IMG/VR virus record: IMGVR_UViG_3300012277_000001 | Coordinates: 1 to 64,000 of that record | Direction: 5' to 3' (one strand) | Length of the DNA: 64,000 nt | Source: an uncultured virus (IMG/VR IMGVR_UViG_3300012277_000001) | Lineage: Duplodnaviria; Heunggongvirae; Uroviricota; Caudoviricetes | Shown here: positions 19,722 through 29,207 of the stretch, piece after piece | How the letters are laid out: every line of letters starts with the position of its first letter | How positions within the stretch are numbered: position 1 is the stretch's first letter | Position numbers and translations under genes: made by a program | The notes under the pieces: model-generated | Databases searched by the model: none | The model's input: only the letters and a program-made list of their open reading frames with translations | Told to the model about the DNA's origin: nothing

Positions 19722-20750
19722 ATGGGTCGTAAGCAATTGGATCTGGCGGAAAAGGTTGTTGGTGCATTGATTCAGGAAGTAGGGCCGCGTGCTTTCATGG
19801 TCGCGGTGAACAATGCAACAGCGCACGGCGGCGTTTTGCTTCACTCCGATGGCATCTATCTGGACCACGAAGACAAAAAGCTTAATGCGTGGCATCGCGG
19901 CATTGAAGAAATGACCCGCGTTGCGAAATGGCTGGAAGGCGACGAATCGCAAGCCGAATATTTCATGGGGCATAATGCCGCTGAAAAACACGTCGCAGGA
20001 AAACCGCGTTTGGCGGATCGTTTGGGCGGCACGCGCACGCTGGATCAAATGGGGGCCGGTGACGTTACCCAACATTCCATCGCCTCGCTGGAGCATTTAG
20101 TGTGGGAACTGACCGGCGAAAAAGTTCGGTTCCTGCGCGAAACGGGCGACCGTAAAACGCACGTCGTTCTGCGTTGCGGCCTCGCAATGTTCATGCGGAC
20201 CATTGGCGAAGCGATGCATGACGACCAGAGCTTCGACGAAGTGGTTTATGAATTCTCCAAGTGTGTTGCAGAAAACGGCGTAACCGTGAACTGGAAGCAC
20301 TACGAGTTCAAATGCAGCAAGTCGTGGAACTGCGTCAAGCGCATCGACATGCAGCGCGAAGAGGGAGAAGACACCGACTTCCCGCCTGAAGAGGCGAATA
20401 ACTGGTATGTGGAAATCACGGAATTCGAGGATTTCATCGAATCCAAGCTGGGCACCCGTTTTGAACTCGACGGGGTTCCTATGCACCTGAGCCTGTCTGA
20501 CGACGAAGAACAGGATTACGAAATTAGCAACGGCCTCAAATTGTCGATGCCAAAATCGGAATTCGGTGCAATGCTCGACGGGTTTGTGAAACGCCGTCGT
20601 AACATTGGTTACGTTATCGACACTTTCATGGACCGTTTCGGAATGATTATGTCGGCCCAACCTGCTCGCCAGCGTGTTGTCGGCGGTAAAGGCCGTGCAG
20701 CTATCCATCCGCGTGTAGCTCGCCGTGAGGCCGAAAACGCACTCGACTGA
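19722..20750 (+). CDS. hypothetical protein
   Basis: long ORF, GAGGA RBS. Confidence 0.8.
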   Translation: MGRKQLDLAEKVVGALIQEVGPRAFMVAVNNATAHGGVLLHSDGIYLDHEDKKLNAWHRGIEEMTRVAKWLEGDESQAEYFMGHNAAEKHVAGKPRLADRLGGTRTLDQMGAGDVTQHSIASLEHLVWELTGEKVRFLRETGDRKTHVVLRCGLAMFMRTIGEAMHDDQSFDEVVYEFSKCVAENGVTVNWKHYEFKCSKSWNCVKRIDMQREEGEDTDFPPEEANNWYVEITEFEDFIESKLGTRFELDGVPMHLSLSDDEEQDYEISNGLKLSMPKSEFGAMLDGFVKRRRNIGYVIDTFMDRFGMIMSAQPARQRVVGGKGRAAIHPRVARREAENALD

Positions 20751-20805
20751 TTTTCTATGGGCCATTCCATTCCGGTTTGGCCCCTCAACTTAGGGACAAT
20801 GAAAG

Positions 20806-21111
20806 ATGGAAACAGTAGGCATTAACTGGCATGCGCTGCAAGTGCTCGGCGGGATACTGATCACTGCTACAATCTTTAGCGTGATCATCTGGAAACTGGA
20901 ACGTGACCAGCGCAACGAAGACCGGCTGCGCCACGAAACCATCAGCAAGATTTACGATGCGATGGCGGGCGTTCCTTTTCAGGCAACGGTTCCTCCTATG
21001 GCGGTCGAGCGTTACATGGGCTACATCAAATATCCTGACCCCACATTTGACCCGCTCGCCATTCTGATTCAGGAACGCGACAATCAACGGACGTTCGCGC
21101 CCAAGGATTAA
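20806..21111 (+). CDS. membrane-anchored hypothetical protein
   Basis: N-terminal TM. Confidence 0.7.
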   Translation: METVGINWHALQVLGGILITATIFSVIIWKLERDQRNEDRLRHETISKIYDAMAGVPFQATVPPMAVERYMGYIKYPDPTFDPLAILIQERDNQRTFAPKD

Positions 21112-21113
21112 TT

Positions 21114-21542
21114 ATGCTCTTCGATTACCTAGCGGATAAACCTTGGCTGTTCGGCTGGATTCTGCTGTGCGGCACAATAGTCACACTGGCCATTGCCTAC
21201 AAGGCTTGCCAAATCCTGTGGGAAATCCTCAAGGGTCTGGTAATGGCCATCGACTTTCAACTCTTCAAACTGAAGGTTGCAAAGCACCGTGAACGCCCTT
21301 TCAAGTTTCGCATTAGTTGGTTCTTGAATTCATGGCTACATTTCATGGGCTGGGGTGACAACCAATCGCTGACCACGGTAGACGGCGACCAGTATCAAGG
21401 GTTCGGGCGCTGGATCGTTCGCGGTAAATTTCAAACCGTTAGACCTGCTGTAGAAATCGACCCCGAAGACTTCGAAGACGCACAAGACGATCTAGACGAT
21501 GATGACGAAGTTCCAGAAACGTCGGATCAAAAACGACCTTAA
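21114..21542 (+). CDS. membrane-anchored protein with acidic tail
   Basis: N-terminal TM; D/E-rich C-terminus. Confidence 0.7.
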   Translation: MLFDYLADKPWLFGWILLCGTIVTLAIAYKACQILWEILKGLVMAIDFQLFKLKVAKHRERPFKFRISWFLNSWLHFMGWGDNQSLTTVDGDQYQGFGRWIVRGKFQTVRPAVEIDPEDFEDAQDDLDDDDEVPETSDQKRP

Positions 21543-21557
21543 ACAAGGACCACGAAA

Positions 21558-22259
21558 ATGTACAATCCTGAACTGATTTCCCGCATTAACTTCCGTTACA
21601 ACGAATTGAATCGCGGGCAAGGCCTGTGCGAACTCATTGAATACGAAACCATGGGCGATCCCCATTATGATTCCGGCCAAGCAGGTCAAAGCCAGTTGAG
21701 GACGCGCCTTGCCATTCAGGCAGGCGAACCATTTTCGATTGTGCGCCTTTCCTGCGTTCCCGCTGATTTCCGCGAGGACCAGCCCCATTCGACGTACAGG
21801 CAGGGCGACGTAATGTATGCCCTGCTGAAGACCTCCACGCTTGACCGTGTGGGCGGCGCTGAGGGCCTTAGCTGGGTTCTACAGCGCGTTTTCAATGGCG
21901 ACCTGCTGCTGCGTATGCCCATGCTCGAAAGCGGCCCCTACTGCATGTGGCACGACCTGCTGAACGATATCTATTTCTCGCCCAATAGCACGTGGCTGAA
22001 GCTGGTTCATTCCATCATGAGCCGACCGCCCAGCTATTCGGCAGAAATCGACGACGAACTACACGTGGGCGACAACCTGCGTCTGGCCACCATCATCAAC
22101 GGGCGTTCGTGCAAAAGTGTGTTCGGCATGAACGTACGCGAAGGCCGTGTTAGTTCACTGTTGCCCAATCAGGTCGGAATTAAACACGGCGACGTAAAAT
22201 ACCGTATGCCGTACGCATATATCCTGACTTCTGATATTTCTGTTTCCAAAGAAGAGTAG
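21558..22259 (+). CDS. hypothetical protein
   Basis: AAGGA RBS. Confidence 0.75.
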   Translation: MYNPELISRINFRYNELNRGQGLCELIEYETMGDPHYDSGQAGQSQLRTRLAIQAGEPFSIVRLSCVPADFREDQPHSTYRQGDVMYALLKTSTLDRVGGAEGLSWVLQRVFNGDLLLRMPMLESGPYCMWHDLLNDIYFSPNSTWLKLVHSIMSRPPSYSAEIDDELHVGDNLRLATIINGRSCKSVFGMNVREGRVSSLLPNQVGIKHGDVKYRMPYAYILTSDISVSKEE

Positions 22260-22265
22260 TCGCCG

Positions 22266-22508
22266 ATGAATTTCAACAACGATCTTTTCAGCGCTGTTCT
22301 TAGTGGCGAACTTGACCGTTTCCCACCGTCCAAGCGCCAGCAACTGATGGGCGATACCGGCGTTATGCACAGCGGTGTTCGTCTAGCTGGTTACGATAGC
22401 TCTGCGCCCAATCCGATCTGGCCGCACGAAATTGCAGCCGCCAAGAAAAAGAAAGCCCTGCGCAAAACCAAAAAGAAAATGCGCCGGCAATCGAGGAAGA
22501 GAAAGTGA
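22266..22508 (+). CDS. small protein with Lys/Arg-rich C-terminal tail
   Basis: KKKKALRKTKKKMRRQSRKRK. Confidence 0.7.
   Translation: MNFNNDLFSAVLSGELDRFPPSKRQQLMGDTGVMHSGVRLAGYDSSAPNPIWPHEIAAAKKKKALRKTKKKMRRQSRKRK
22469..22497 (+). repeat. 29-nt direct repeat copy 1 (27/29 identical to 24184-24212)
   Basis: CAAAAAGAAAATGCGCC(G/A)GCAATC(G/A)AGGA. Confidence 0.75.
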
Positions 22509-22747
22509 TGGATAAGTTTTACATGACCTGCGAAAACAAAGACGCAAAAGGCTCGCATCTGGAAGCGGTGCACCTGATGCAGGGTACAGCAGCCATCGGT
22601 CGCGCTGTGGGCAAGCTACTACACCCGCAAGGCTATCCGCATCCGGGCCGCGTCACTACCAGCGGTCGTGGTGAACCGGGGGCGGCCAAAGCGCGTGCGA
22701 AACGCAAGGTCAAAAACAAGGCAGCACGCAAAGCAAGGAAACGCTAA
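22505..22747 (+). CDS. small protein with Lys/Arg-rich C-terminal tail
   Basis: PGAAKARAKRKVKNKAARKARKR. Confidence 0.7.
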   Translation: MMDKFYMTCENKDAKGSHLEAVHLMQGTAAIGRAVGKLLHPQGYPHPGRVTTSGRGEPGAAKARAKRKVKNKAARKARKR

Positions 22748-23349
22748 TGCGATTTAAGGAAGCGCTAATGCGATTTGTCGTCTATCAGGGCAGCGATTTG
22801 CCACGTGTGGCGGAACGCCTGCTGTCTCAACGCGTTTACGAAGAAAGCGGCGAACTGCAACACGATTGGAAGCGCATCATGCTCACGGGCAAAACGCGCC
22901 AGCGCAAATGCCTGATCGTCACAGCGGAACATTTGGACAAAGACCCGGAGTCGCCAAACAATCCAATGTGGCGCATTTACGGGGTGCTGCTGTACGAAAT
23001 CAAGCGTAGCCATATGCAGGTATACGTGCGGCCTGAATTCCGCCGTCGTGGCATCGCTGGGCGCCTGCTGCAACGCCTGCGCGATTTCGAGAACTACGAT
23101 AGCCGGGTGATCAGCGCCGACGAAGGTTATCCCGGCTGCGTCGAGTGGTTCGAACGCAATCTGATTTACGTTCCGGACTACCAGTTCACCGAAGCAGAAA
23201 TTTTGCAGGTAAACGGCGAACTGTACCGCGCTGGCCGTCTGGTAAACCCAATGCCCTACCATGGCGATGCTGTGCGTGAAATCATCAAGCGCCGTAAACG
23301 TGCATTTCTGCAAAAAGTTTTGAAAGCGAAAAAGGAAGGTCGTATATGA
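22747..23349 (+). CDS. GNAT-family acetyltransferase
   Basis: motif A VYVRPEFRRRGIAGRLL. Confidence 0.8.
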   Translation: MRFKEALMRFVVYQGSDLPRVAERLLSQRVYEESGELQHDWKRIMLTGKTRQRKCLIVTAEHLDKDPESPNNPMWRIYGVLLYEIKRSHMQVYVRPEFRRRGIAGRLLQRLRDFENYDSRVISADEGYPGCVEWFERNLIYVPDYQFTEAEILQVNGELYRAGRLVNPMPYHGDAVREIIKRRKRAFLQKVLKAKKEGRI

Positions 23350-23987
23350 TTGAATTCTATCAGGCACTCTTCAAGTTCTTCGAAGAGTCGGGCAAACCGA
23401 AGGCAGGTAACGGGCGTCAGTTCATCCCACGTTCACGGGAATTCAGCTGCACGGAAATGACGGTCTACGTCCGCGCCACACCGCGCATCAATCAGGAAAC
23501 GCGCCTTTACGAAAAAGCGCTGGTAATCGCACGTGTCGATGTGCAGCCTGAATTGCGTGGGAAAAAGTATTTCCGCGACTTCCTCAAACACATGGACGCG
23601 CAGGCATACGCAAACGGCTACAACGCGATTTACGTCGATCAGGTACATTCTGATGTGTTGCGCGAATGCCTGCCCCGCTACGGCTTCGTTCGTCAAACCG
23701 GCACCGATCCAAACGAATACATTTACCGCAAGGCCGTCCGTTTCGACGTAGCCGAACAGGAAGAGCCGGAAGAGCACCATTTGTGGATGATTCGCGAAAA
23801 CCGATCCATGCGTTACCTGTCGTTCGTCAACGCACAGGGGGCGCCCGTGACGACCTCCAAAGGCATGCGGGCCATCCATTACCGCTGCGAGGAAACGGCG
23901 CAGGTCATGCGTGACGCTCTACAGGAGCGGGCTAGCCCCGGCGTGTCGTATTCAGTGATCGTTTCGCAAACGGCAGCACGCCCATGA
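23346..23987 (+). CDS. GNAT-like protein with C-terminal extension
   Basis: IARVDVQPELRGKKYF (divergent motif A), L.RYGF motif B. Confidence 0.6.
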   Translation: MIEFYQALFKFFEESGKPKAGNGRQFIPRSREFSCTEMTVYVRATPRINQETRLYEKALVIARVDVQPELRGKKYFRDFLKHMDAQAYANGYNAIYVDQVHSDVLRECLPRYGFVRQTGTDPNEYIYRKAVRFDVAEQEEPEEHHLWMIRENRSMRYLSFVNAQGAPVTTSKGMRAIHYRCEETAQVMRDALQERASPGVSYSVIVSQTAARP

Positions 23988-24223
23988 CAGGCCCCATTTT
24001 GATCGGTACAGGCTCGCACAGCGCGGCACTGGCGCGTGCATTGCTGGGGGCCATGGTGACGCAACCGCAAACCGTTGAACGCGTGCCACACTGGGAATAC
24101 CAAAGCCACACGGCCCGTCACAAACCGACGCGTGATCAGTGGGGCAGCCCCGGTGCACGTAAGATGCGCATCAAACGCAAAATCAAAAAGAAAATGCGCC
24201 AGCAATCAAGGAGAAAGAAATGA
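23984..24223 (+). CDS. small protein with Lys/Arg-rich C-terminal tail
   Basis: PGARKMRIKRKIKKKMRQQSRRKK. Confidence 0.7.
   Translation: MTGPILIGTGSHSAALARALLGAMVTQPQTVERVPHWEYQSHTARHKPTRDQWGSPGARKMRIKRKIKKKMRQQSRRKK
24184..24212 (+). repeat. 29-nt direct repeat copy 2
   Basis: see 22469. Confidence 0.75.
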
Positions 24224-24465
24224 GCGGCGAACGCAAAGAACCGCATTTCCGCGTGGTATGCGTGCAGGCTGTAAAAGGCGGTTCGAAAGAAACCGAACTG
24301 GCGCGCACGTACCCTTCGCAGGATGCAGCAGGCACCTACATTCCGCACCCGGTTCACGACGTGCTGCGTATGGCGGGCGAAACGCTGTATGAGCACATGA
24401 CGACCGAAGGGGAAGACCATATCAACCCCGACGACATTATCAGCATTAGCGTCCATCGTATCTAA
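24220..24465 (+). CDS. hypothetical protein
   Basis: AAGGAG RBS, ATGA overlap. Confidence 0.7.
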   Translation: MSGERKEPHFRVVCVQAVKGGSKETELARTYPSQDAAGTYIPHPVHDVLRMAGETLYEHMTTEGEDHINPDDIISISVHRI

Positions 24466-24472
24466 ACGGAAT

Positions 24473-25176
24473 TTGGAAAAGGATTTCAGCATGTTGTTTT
24501 CGAAAGTGTACGCCGACCTTAAACGCGAACTGCCCCACCATCAGGTTGTTCGCACCCGGCACCTTGGGCATCAAACCTTCACGTTCAAACCGCGTGAGGG
24601 TTCTCGCCCCATTTACTACACTGCGACCGAATTCCGTGGCTCCGTAGTTTTGCGTAATTTGAACACAGGAATCGCAAAAAGCTACAACCTGTCCGACAAG
24701 GAGAATTTGTTGTGCATGCTTCGTGCAGTCCAGCAACGGCAGATAAAAAACAAGTGCGGTGGCTTTGGCCATGGCAGCGCAAATACGATTCCCAATTTCT
24801 TCGGGGCGCTCGCATCGTCCATCACCGGGATCGCCCGCGTGAAGCACTTCACCATTCGTGGTGCTTAGGGCGCGGCATCTACCATCACGAAATTTACGTG
24901 AATGACGACCTGAAGAATATCCGCGTCTGTGAATTTATTTCCGATGGCAATCGAGAATTCACAGTCGAGCAATACCAACACGGCATCGTGCACAACCGGC
25001 AGATTTTTACCAACGTGCAGGATGTAGAACATTTCCTCAATGTGGAGCTAGTACGTCGTGATTACGATCCACCTGCACCTGCCCGGATCACCGAACGATC
25101 TGGACCACGGAGCCTTCGCACTTTCGGATGGCGAGGCGATTTCTTTGCCGTCGCGTTACTGCGCACCCGACGCTGA
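24473..25176 (+). CDS. hypothetical protein split across two frames (24473-24868 and 24712-25176); possible -1 frameshift or indel
   Basis: A AAA AAC heptamer at 24745-24751 links the frames. Confidence 0.45.
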
Positions 25177-25531
25177 TGCAACGTTGCACATTTCCAACGA
25201 AATCGCATTCGATGCGTTCCGTTGGTCTGTTGTGCACGGCTATATCCAACCGGACAACATCCGCTGGCGTGCACACGATGTGGACACGGTGTATCGCGGC
25301 TTGATCAATCGCTTCGGCGTCCCGACCGACGAAAACGGTAAACAATACTGGCCGTGGAAAAGTCCGGGTGACAATCTGGCCGAGCAAATCCTTATGGCAG
25401 CCTGCCGCAAATCGAAAGCCGAACGTGAAGCGCGTAACAAATACCCGCTACATATCGTGCAGTCGGGTGAGGCCGCCGAAAACTGTAAATCTAGTGGAGA
25501 ACCCGAAGATGGAAGTTCACCCGTTGATTGA
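25058..25531 (+). CDS. hypothetical protein
   Basis: GGAG RBS, GTG start. Confidence 0.65.
   Translation: MITIHLHLPGSPNDLDHGAFALSDGEAISLPSRYCAPDADATLHISNEIAFDAFRWSVVHGYIQPDNIRWRAHDVDTVYRGLINRFGVPTDENGKQYWPWKSPGDNLAEQILMAACRKSKAEREARNKYPLHIVQSGEAAENCKSSGEPEDGSSPVD
25480..25490 (+). promoter_or_regulatory. AAACTGTAAAT motif
   Basis: recurrent motif about 20 nt upstream of ATG 25509. Confidence 0.5.
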
Positions 25532-25826
25532 ACGCCTTGTGCGCCTTGGAATCACGGTTAGCGTCACGTGGGAACCCTTCTACGAACGCTACCTGTTCGA
25601 CCTGAATACAGGGGCCAAGGAAAGTATGGTCGCTTGGATGGAAAACCCCGGCAGCGGAACGGGCCTGACGCTTGAAACGCGTTACGACCGTCGTGTCGTG
25701 GTTCGCACCTTTGTGGACCTGTGCAACGAATTCGAAACCTGTTTGATACCGGGCGGCAATTGTAGTCCGGAGTGGGCTAGCATGCTGAAGGCCATCGGCC
25801 ATTGGGGTGCTGACCATGTTGTATAA
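25509..25826 (+). CDS. hypothetical protein
   Basis: GGAG RBS. Confidence 0.7.
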   Translation: MEVHPLIERLVRLGITVSVTWEPFYERYLFDLNTGAKESMVAWMENPGSGTGLTLETRYDRRVVVRTFVDLCNEFETCLIPGGNCSPEWASMLKAIGHWGADHVV

Positions 25827-25908
25827 ACCCGAAATTTTTATCACGTAAACCGGTCACGTGGCAGGCGTAAATGCGGTGCCCACGGATTGAACCGGTGGAG
25901 GCCGTTAC

Positions 25909-26073
25909 ATGACACGCAAACTTTATGTGCGCGAAACCAGCACCAGCCCTTGGATTGTGAATTTCTCCAAAGGCGGGTGGTGCGTTTATAAACAGGGGCA
26001 GGCAATTCTCATGACGCCGACCAACACTAAAATGTGGTCGGTGAAACTCAAGCAGTGGGTAGGGGTGAAATAA
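25909..26073 (+). CDS. 54-aa hypothetical protein
   Basis: GGAGG RBS; fills gap; below ORF-track cutoff. Confidence 0.55.
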   Translation: MTRKLYVRETSTSPWIVNFSKGGWCVYKQGQAILMTPTNTKMWSVKLKQWVGVK

Positions 26074-26078
26074 AGTAA

Positions 26079-26339
26079 ATGCAACAGAACATCGGTCACG
26101 CGGGCGCCATGGGATTCAGTTCTGCGCCAACTGACAAAATGCTTCAGACCGTGGGCCTTAACACGTCTACCGTTATGCTCGGCCTCATGATTATTTTCCT
26201 TGTCGCCTCATTCGCACATGAGTGGGCCAGTAACCAACGTGAAAGCCGCGTTTATCGCGCCGTGTACCGCCTCGTTATCGTGGGTGTGTCGCTGGCATGC
26301 GCGGCTCTACTGATTCTCAACTACCAAGGTATGAATTAA
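26079..26339 (+). CDS. small membrane protein
   Basis: two TM segments. Confidence 0.7.
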   Translation: MQQNIGHAGAMGFSSAPTDKMLQTVGLNTSTVMLGLMIIFLVASFAHEWASNQRESRVYRAVYRLVIVGVSLACAALLILNYQGMN

Positions 26340-27083
26340 ATGGCTAAAGACGTGAAGAAAGACAAAGAACCGAAGCAGAAAATTGCGCGTCGTGAGGTTA
26401 ACAACTGCGTGATTTCGTCTGGTGAAATCCTCTCGGCGTTGTCAACCAATCTTCAGCTACCCAATATCAATGCCGGACCGGGTGACATGCTGTCGGATGT
26501 GGTTTCTACCATGCAGCCCTCGGTGATGATGCGTGAGTTGCTCGAACCCTACTTCTCCAAACTGACCAGCAATCTTTCCGAATTCCGCACGCGCCATGCA
26601 TTGCAGGAATTGGAAGTCGAAATCGACCACGTACAGGACTACGACGAACAAGGTCTGCGTTTACGTCTGTACGCCAAGACCGATGGCAACGCGTTGCCGG
26701 ATCGTCCAGCAATGGACGGGCAGCAGGCCAAGCAAATTCTGGAAAAATGCTTCGGGGAATTCAATATCGACGTGGACCTGTCGGGGCCTGTTCCGGTGTT
26801 CCGCCAGAAAACCCCGCTGGGTTTTGATTTGGATTCTTCCTGTTCCATCAACGCGGTTCCATTGGCTTTGCCTACCCATGACCCCGAGCAACTTTTCATC
26901 AATATTGTGCACAATATCTGTGGTGTGATTCAGCAACACGGGGGTGCCGTTTTGAACATCCATGCGTACCTCGATAACACGACCCCTTCAGCAACGGTTC
27001 AGGATTTTAAGGCTCACGTGCAAGCCCGCGATGGCCATAAAGAACCTGCGAAGAAAAAGAAAGTAACCCGGAAGAAAAAATGA
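26340..27083 (+). CDS. hypothetical protein with basic termini
   Basis: 247 aa ORF. Confidence 0.8.
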   Translation: MAKDVKKDKEPKQKIARREVNNCVISSGEILSALSTNLQLPNINAGPGDMLSDVVSTMQPSVMMRELLEPYFSKLTSNLSEFRTRHALQELEVEIDHVQDYDEQGLRLRLYAKTDGNALPDRPAMDGQQAKQILEKCFGEFNIDVDLSGPVPVFRQKTPLGFDLDSSCSINAVPLALPTHDPEQLFINIVHNICGVIQQHGGAVLNIHAYLDNTTPSATVQDFKAHVQARDGHKEPAKKKKVTRKKK

Positions 27084-27400
27084 TCAAGCCCGACAGCCGC
27101 TGCCCTTTGTGTGATAATGGTGAACCTTCCGTCCAACTCTGCGCTAACCCGCTGGTGCTGGAAGAAACTAAAATTGTGGTGCCTGTTCGTTTCCAGAATT
27201 GCCCCGAATGTGGTTGCGATTACGCAGGTGGTGCAGAGCTGTCGGTAAACGGTGATCGCATGCGCATTATCGAACACGTGGTGAGATTGTCGGGCACCGC
27301 ATATATGGTCGAATGCGAAGACTGTAAAACCTTCAGTAGTCCCGGCCTACTCAAAGAGTTTGGCTGCCTCGTCTGCAAAGAAATCAAGGAACAAGACTGA
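27080..27400 (+). CDS. YgiT/MqsA-type zinc-finger protein with a second Cys cluster
   Basis: CPLC..CPECG then CEDC..CLVC. Confidence 0.55.
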   Translation: MIKPDSRCPLCDNGEPSVQLCANPLVLEETKIVVPVRFQNCPECGCDYAGGAELSVNGDRMRIIEHVVRLSGTAYMVECEDCKTFSSPGLLKEFGCLVCKEIKEQD

Positions 27401-27975
27401 TGGAAAATAACACCCGTAGCCCGTTCGTAGATTACACGGTCGAGCAACGTACCCGTATCGGTTTCATGCTCTACAACGATGCGTACGAAAAGAAATTCAA
27501 ATACGCCCGCGATTTGCTTACGGGTCTGGTTGACCTTGAAGTGCGCATGGCCATCTTCAACGCGGTCGAGGGTCGCTTGGTTGACCTGAATTCGTTGGAA
27601 GACGCGGCTATTGTTTTCGGCGATACTGCAACCGAATTGCTCAATGAAGCAAAAGACTGGGCGCAGGAAGCCGTGACGAAGCAAGCCGAGTTCCTGATGC
27701 CTTTCATTGATCAGGAAACCATGGAACAAATCACGGCGCTTATGCGTGTTCCGAACAAACCTACGGTGCTGGGCATGCGGGATTGGCGCAATAGCCTCAA
27801 AGCCGACCTGCGCCGTGCCGAAGAGAAGAAGGTGGAGCGCCGCAACCAGTTCAACAGCCAGCACAAACCGGCGCCCGAAGGTACGGTAAAAGAATTGGCT
27901 GCAAAATACGGCAAATCACTGAGCGAAATTCGCCGGTTGAAAGCCGAAGGTCTGCTGCACACGCTGGGGGCCTGA
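27400..27975 (+). CDS. hypothetical protein with C-terminal HTH-like motif
   Basis: TVKELAAKYGKSLSEIRRLKAEG. Confidence 0.65.
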   Translation: MENNTRSPFVDYTVEQRTRIGFMLYNDAYEKKFKYARDLLTGLVDLEVRMAIFNAVEGRLVDLNSLEDAAIVFGDTATELLNEAKDWAQEAVTKQAEFLMPFIDQETMEQITALMRVPNKPTVLGMRDWRNSLKADLRRAEEKKVERRNQFNSQHKPAPEGTVKELAAKYGKSLSEIRRLKAEGLLHTLGA

Positions 27976-27977
27976 TC

Positions 27978-28388
27978 GTGAAACAATTCACAGGTATTTC
28001 CTTCGGGCAGGAATTGACGCCTGAAGCATACAAAGAACTCGACAACGCACGCACCACTTACCGCCACGTCAGAAATCTTACGCTGGACGTGGAGTATATG
28101 CGTTATACGACCAGCGAACAGAAGACGAATCTGGAACGCCAGCTGCGTGAAGCATCGGCCCTGCTGGAAGAGTACAAACGGCAGGAGTGCATCGGCCCTG
28201 TCAACAACGCGCAGGTTCACATATCCAAAAGCGCAATGCACGCACCGGGCGGATTCATTCAGGTTCGTGTCGTGCTGATGTGGGTTCCTCAAATCTTCCG
28301 CAAAGATTCGATGCTGCCTTTGCTGTACAAGCACACTGCTGCGCTACTGGGCCAAGACGAATTTGTTGACAACATCGAATTCTTTTGA
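27978..28388 (+). CDS. hypothetical protein
   Basis: ORF in array. Confidence 0.7.
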   Translation: MKQFTGISFGQELTPEAYKELDNARTTYRHVRNLTLDVEYMRYTTSEQKTNLERQLREASALLEEYKRQECIGPVNNAQVHISKSAMHAPGGFIQVRVVLMWVPQIFRKDSMLPLLYKHTAALLGQDEFVDNIEFF

Positions 28389-28396
28389 GGTGCATC

Positions 28397-28708
28397 GTGG
28401 TCGATAAGGCTAAAACGTCGCGTAACGGCGACCGCTCGAACACCACGGGCGAAAAGCACTATGCAGCGCATCGTAAGCAGCAACTCGAACGCGTAAGTTC
28501 TTCGTTTATTCGAAAAGCCAACGGACTGCACCGTTTGGAAGTAGCGCTGTTCAAATGGCTGGGCAACAACGATGGGGCCAATCCAGCGGTTCGTGCCGCA
28601 CTGGATCAAGCCCGTTCTGCCCAGCAAGATTCTGATTTTAAACCGTTGTGGGATTTGTTGGATGAACGCGCCCGAATCGCAGGAAGTAGCACCGAAGAGC
28701 ACTATTGA
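28397..28708 (+). CDS. hypothetical protein
   Basis: GAGGT RBS, GTG start. Confidence 0.65.
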   Translation: MVDKAKTSRNGDRSNTTGEKHYAAHRKQQLERVSSSFIRKANGLHRLEVALFKWLGNNDGANPAVRAALDQARSAQQDSDFKPLWDLLDERARIAGSSTEEHY

Positions 28709-29207
28709 AGTTTTGTACATTCCACGCTACCCGCAAGGCTTTTTCGTTTGGTTCGAAATCGACGAAGACCTGCGTTATCACCAAATGCCGGTCAAGCGCA
28801 TTCCGTTCCCACGTAAATCGTTGGGCTACCACGTGCACTTCGTGATTCATCCTAAGCAGCCCGATCCGGCCCCTGTGGACACGCACCACGCTTTGATGGT
28901 TGTGGGGTTGGCGGCTGCCATTCACGACGACCCGCTCATGGTGCGCCGGGCTGCGTGGCGTATGTTGCGTCGTGTGGAAAATCATCGGTTCGAAGCTGTT
29001 GATCCCGAAGACAACGTGGAAAAGACTTTTGCAAGTGGGTTCGAAATCATGGATTGCGTAATGTGGCATCCGGAACCCCTGCGCTTTGTGAAACGTTTGA
29101 TGGAAGAAATGAGGTTAAAGAATCATGAAACCAAATCCGAACCTGAAGCCGAAATCGAAAAACCCAAGCGCAAGCGCTCTCGATCTGCCAAACGCGCTCG
29201 GAAGTGA
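28662..29207 (+). CDS. hypothetical protein with basic tail
   Basis: ORF in array; start uncertain. Confidence 0.65.
   Translation: MNAPESQEVAPKSTIEVLYIPRYPQGFFVWFEIDEDLRYHQMPVKRIPFPRKSLGYHVHFVIHPKQPDPAPVDTHHALMVVGLAAAIHDDPLMVRRAAWRMLRRVENHRFEAVDPEDNVEKTFASGFEIMDCVMWHPEPLRFVKRLMEEMRLKNHETKSEPEAEIEKPKRKRSRSAKRARK

Noticed and set aside
24861..24871. Stop-codon readthrough at the TAG of ORF 24473 / alternative genetic code
   Set aside because: The same frame hits TGA ten codons later, and other TAG stops in the window end genes normally before an RBS
25849..25897. ACCGGT...ACCGGT flanked imperfect stem
   Set aside because: Pairing is weak and interrupted; cannot support a structured RNA call
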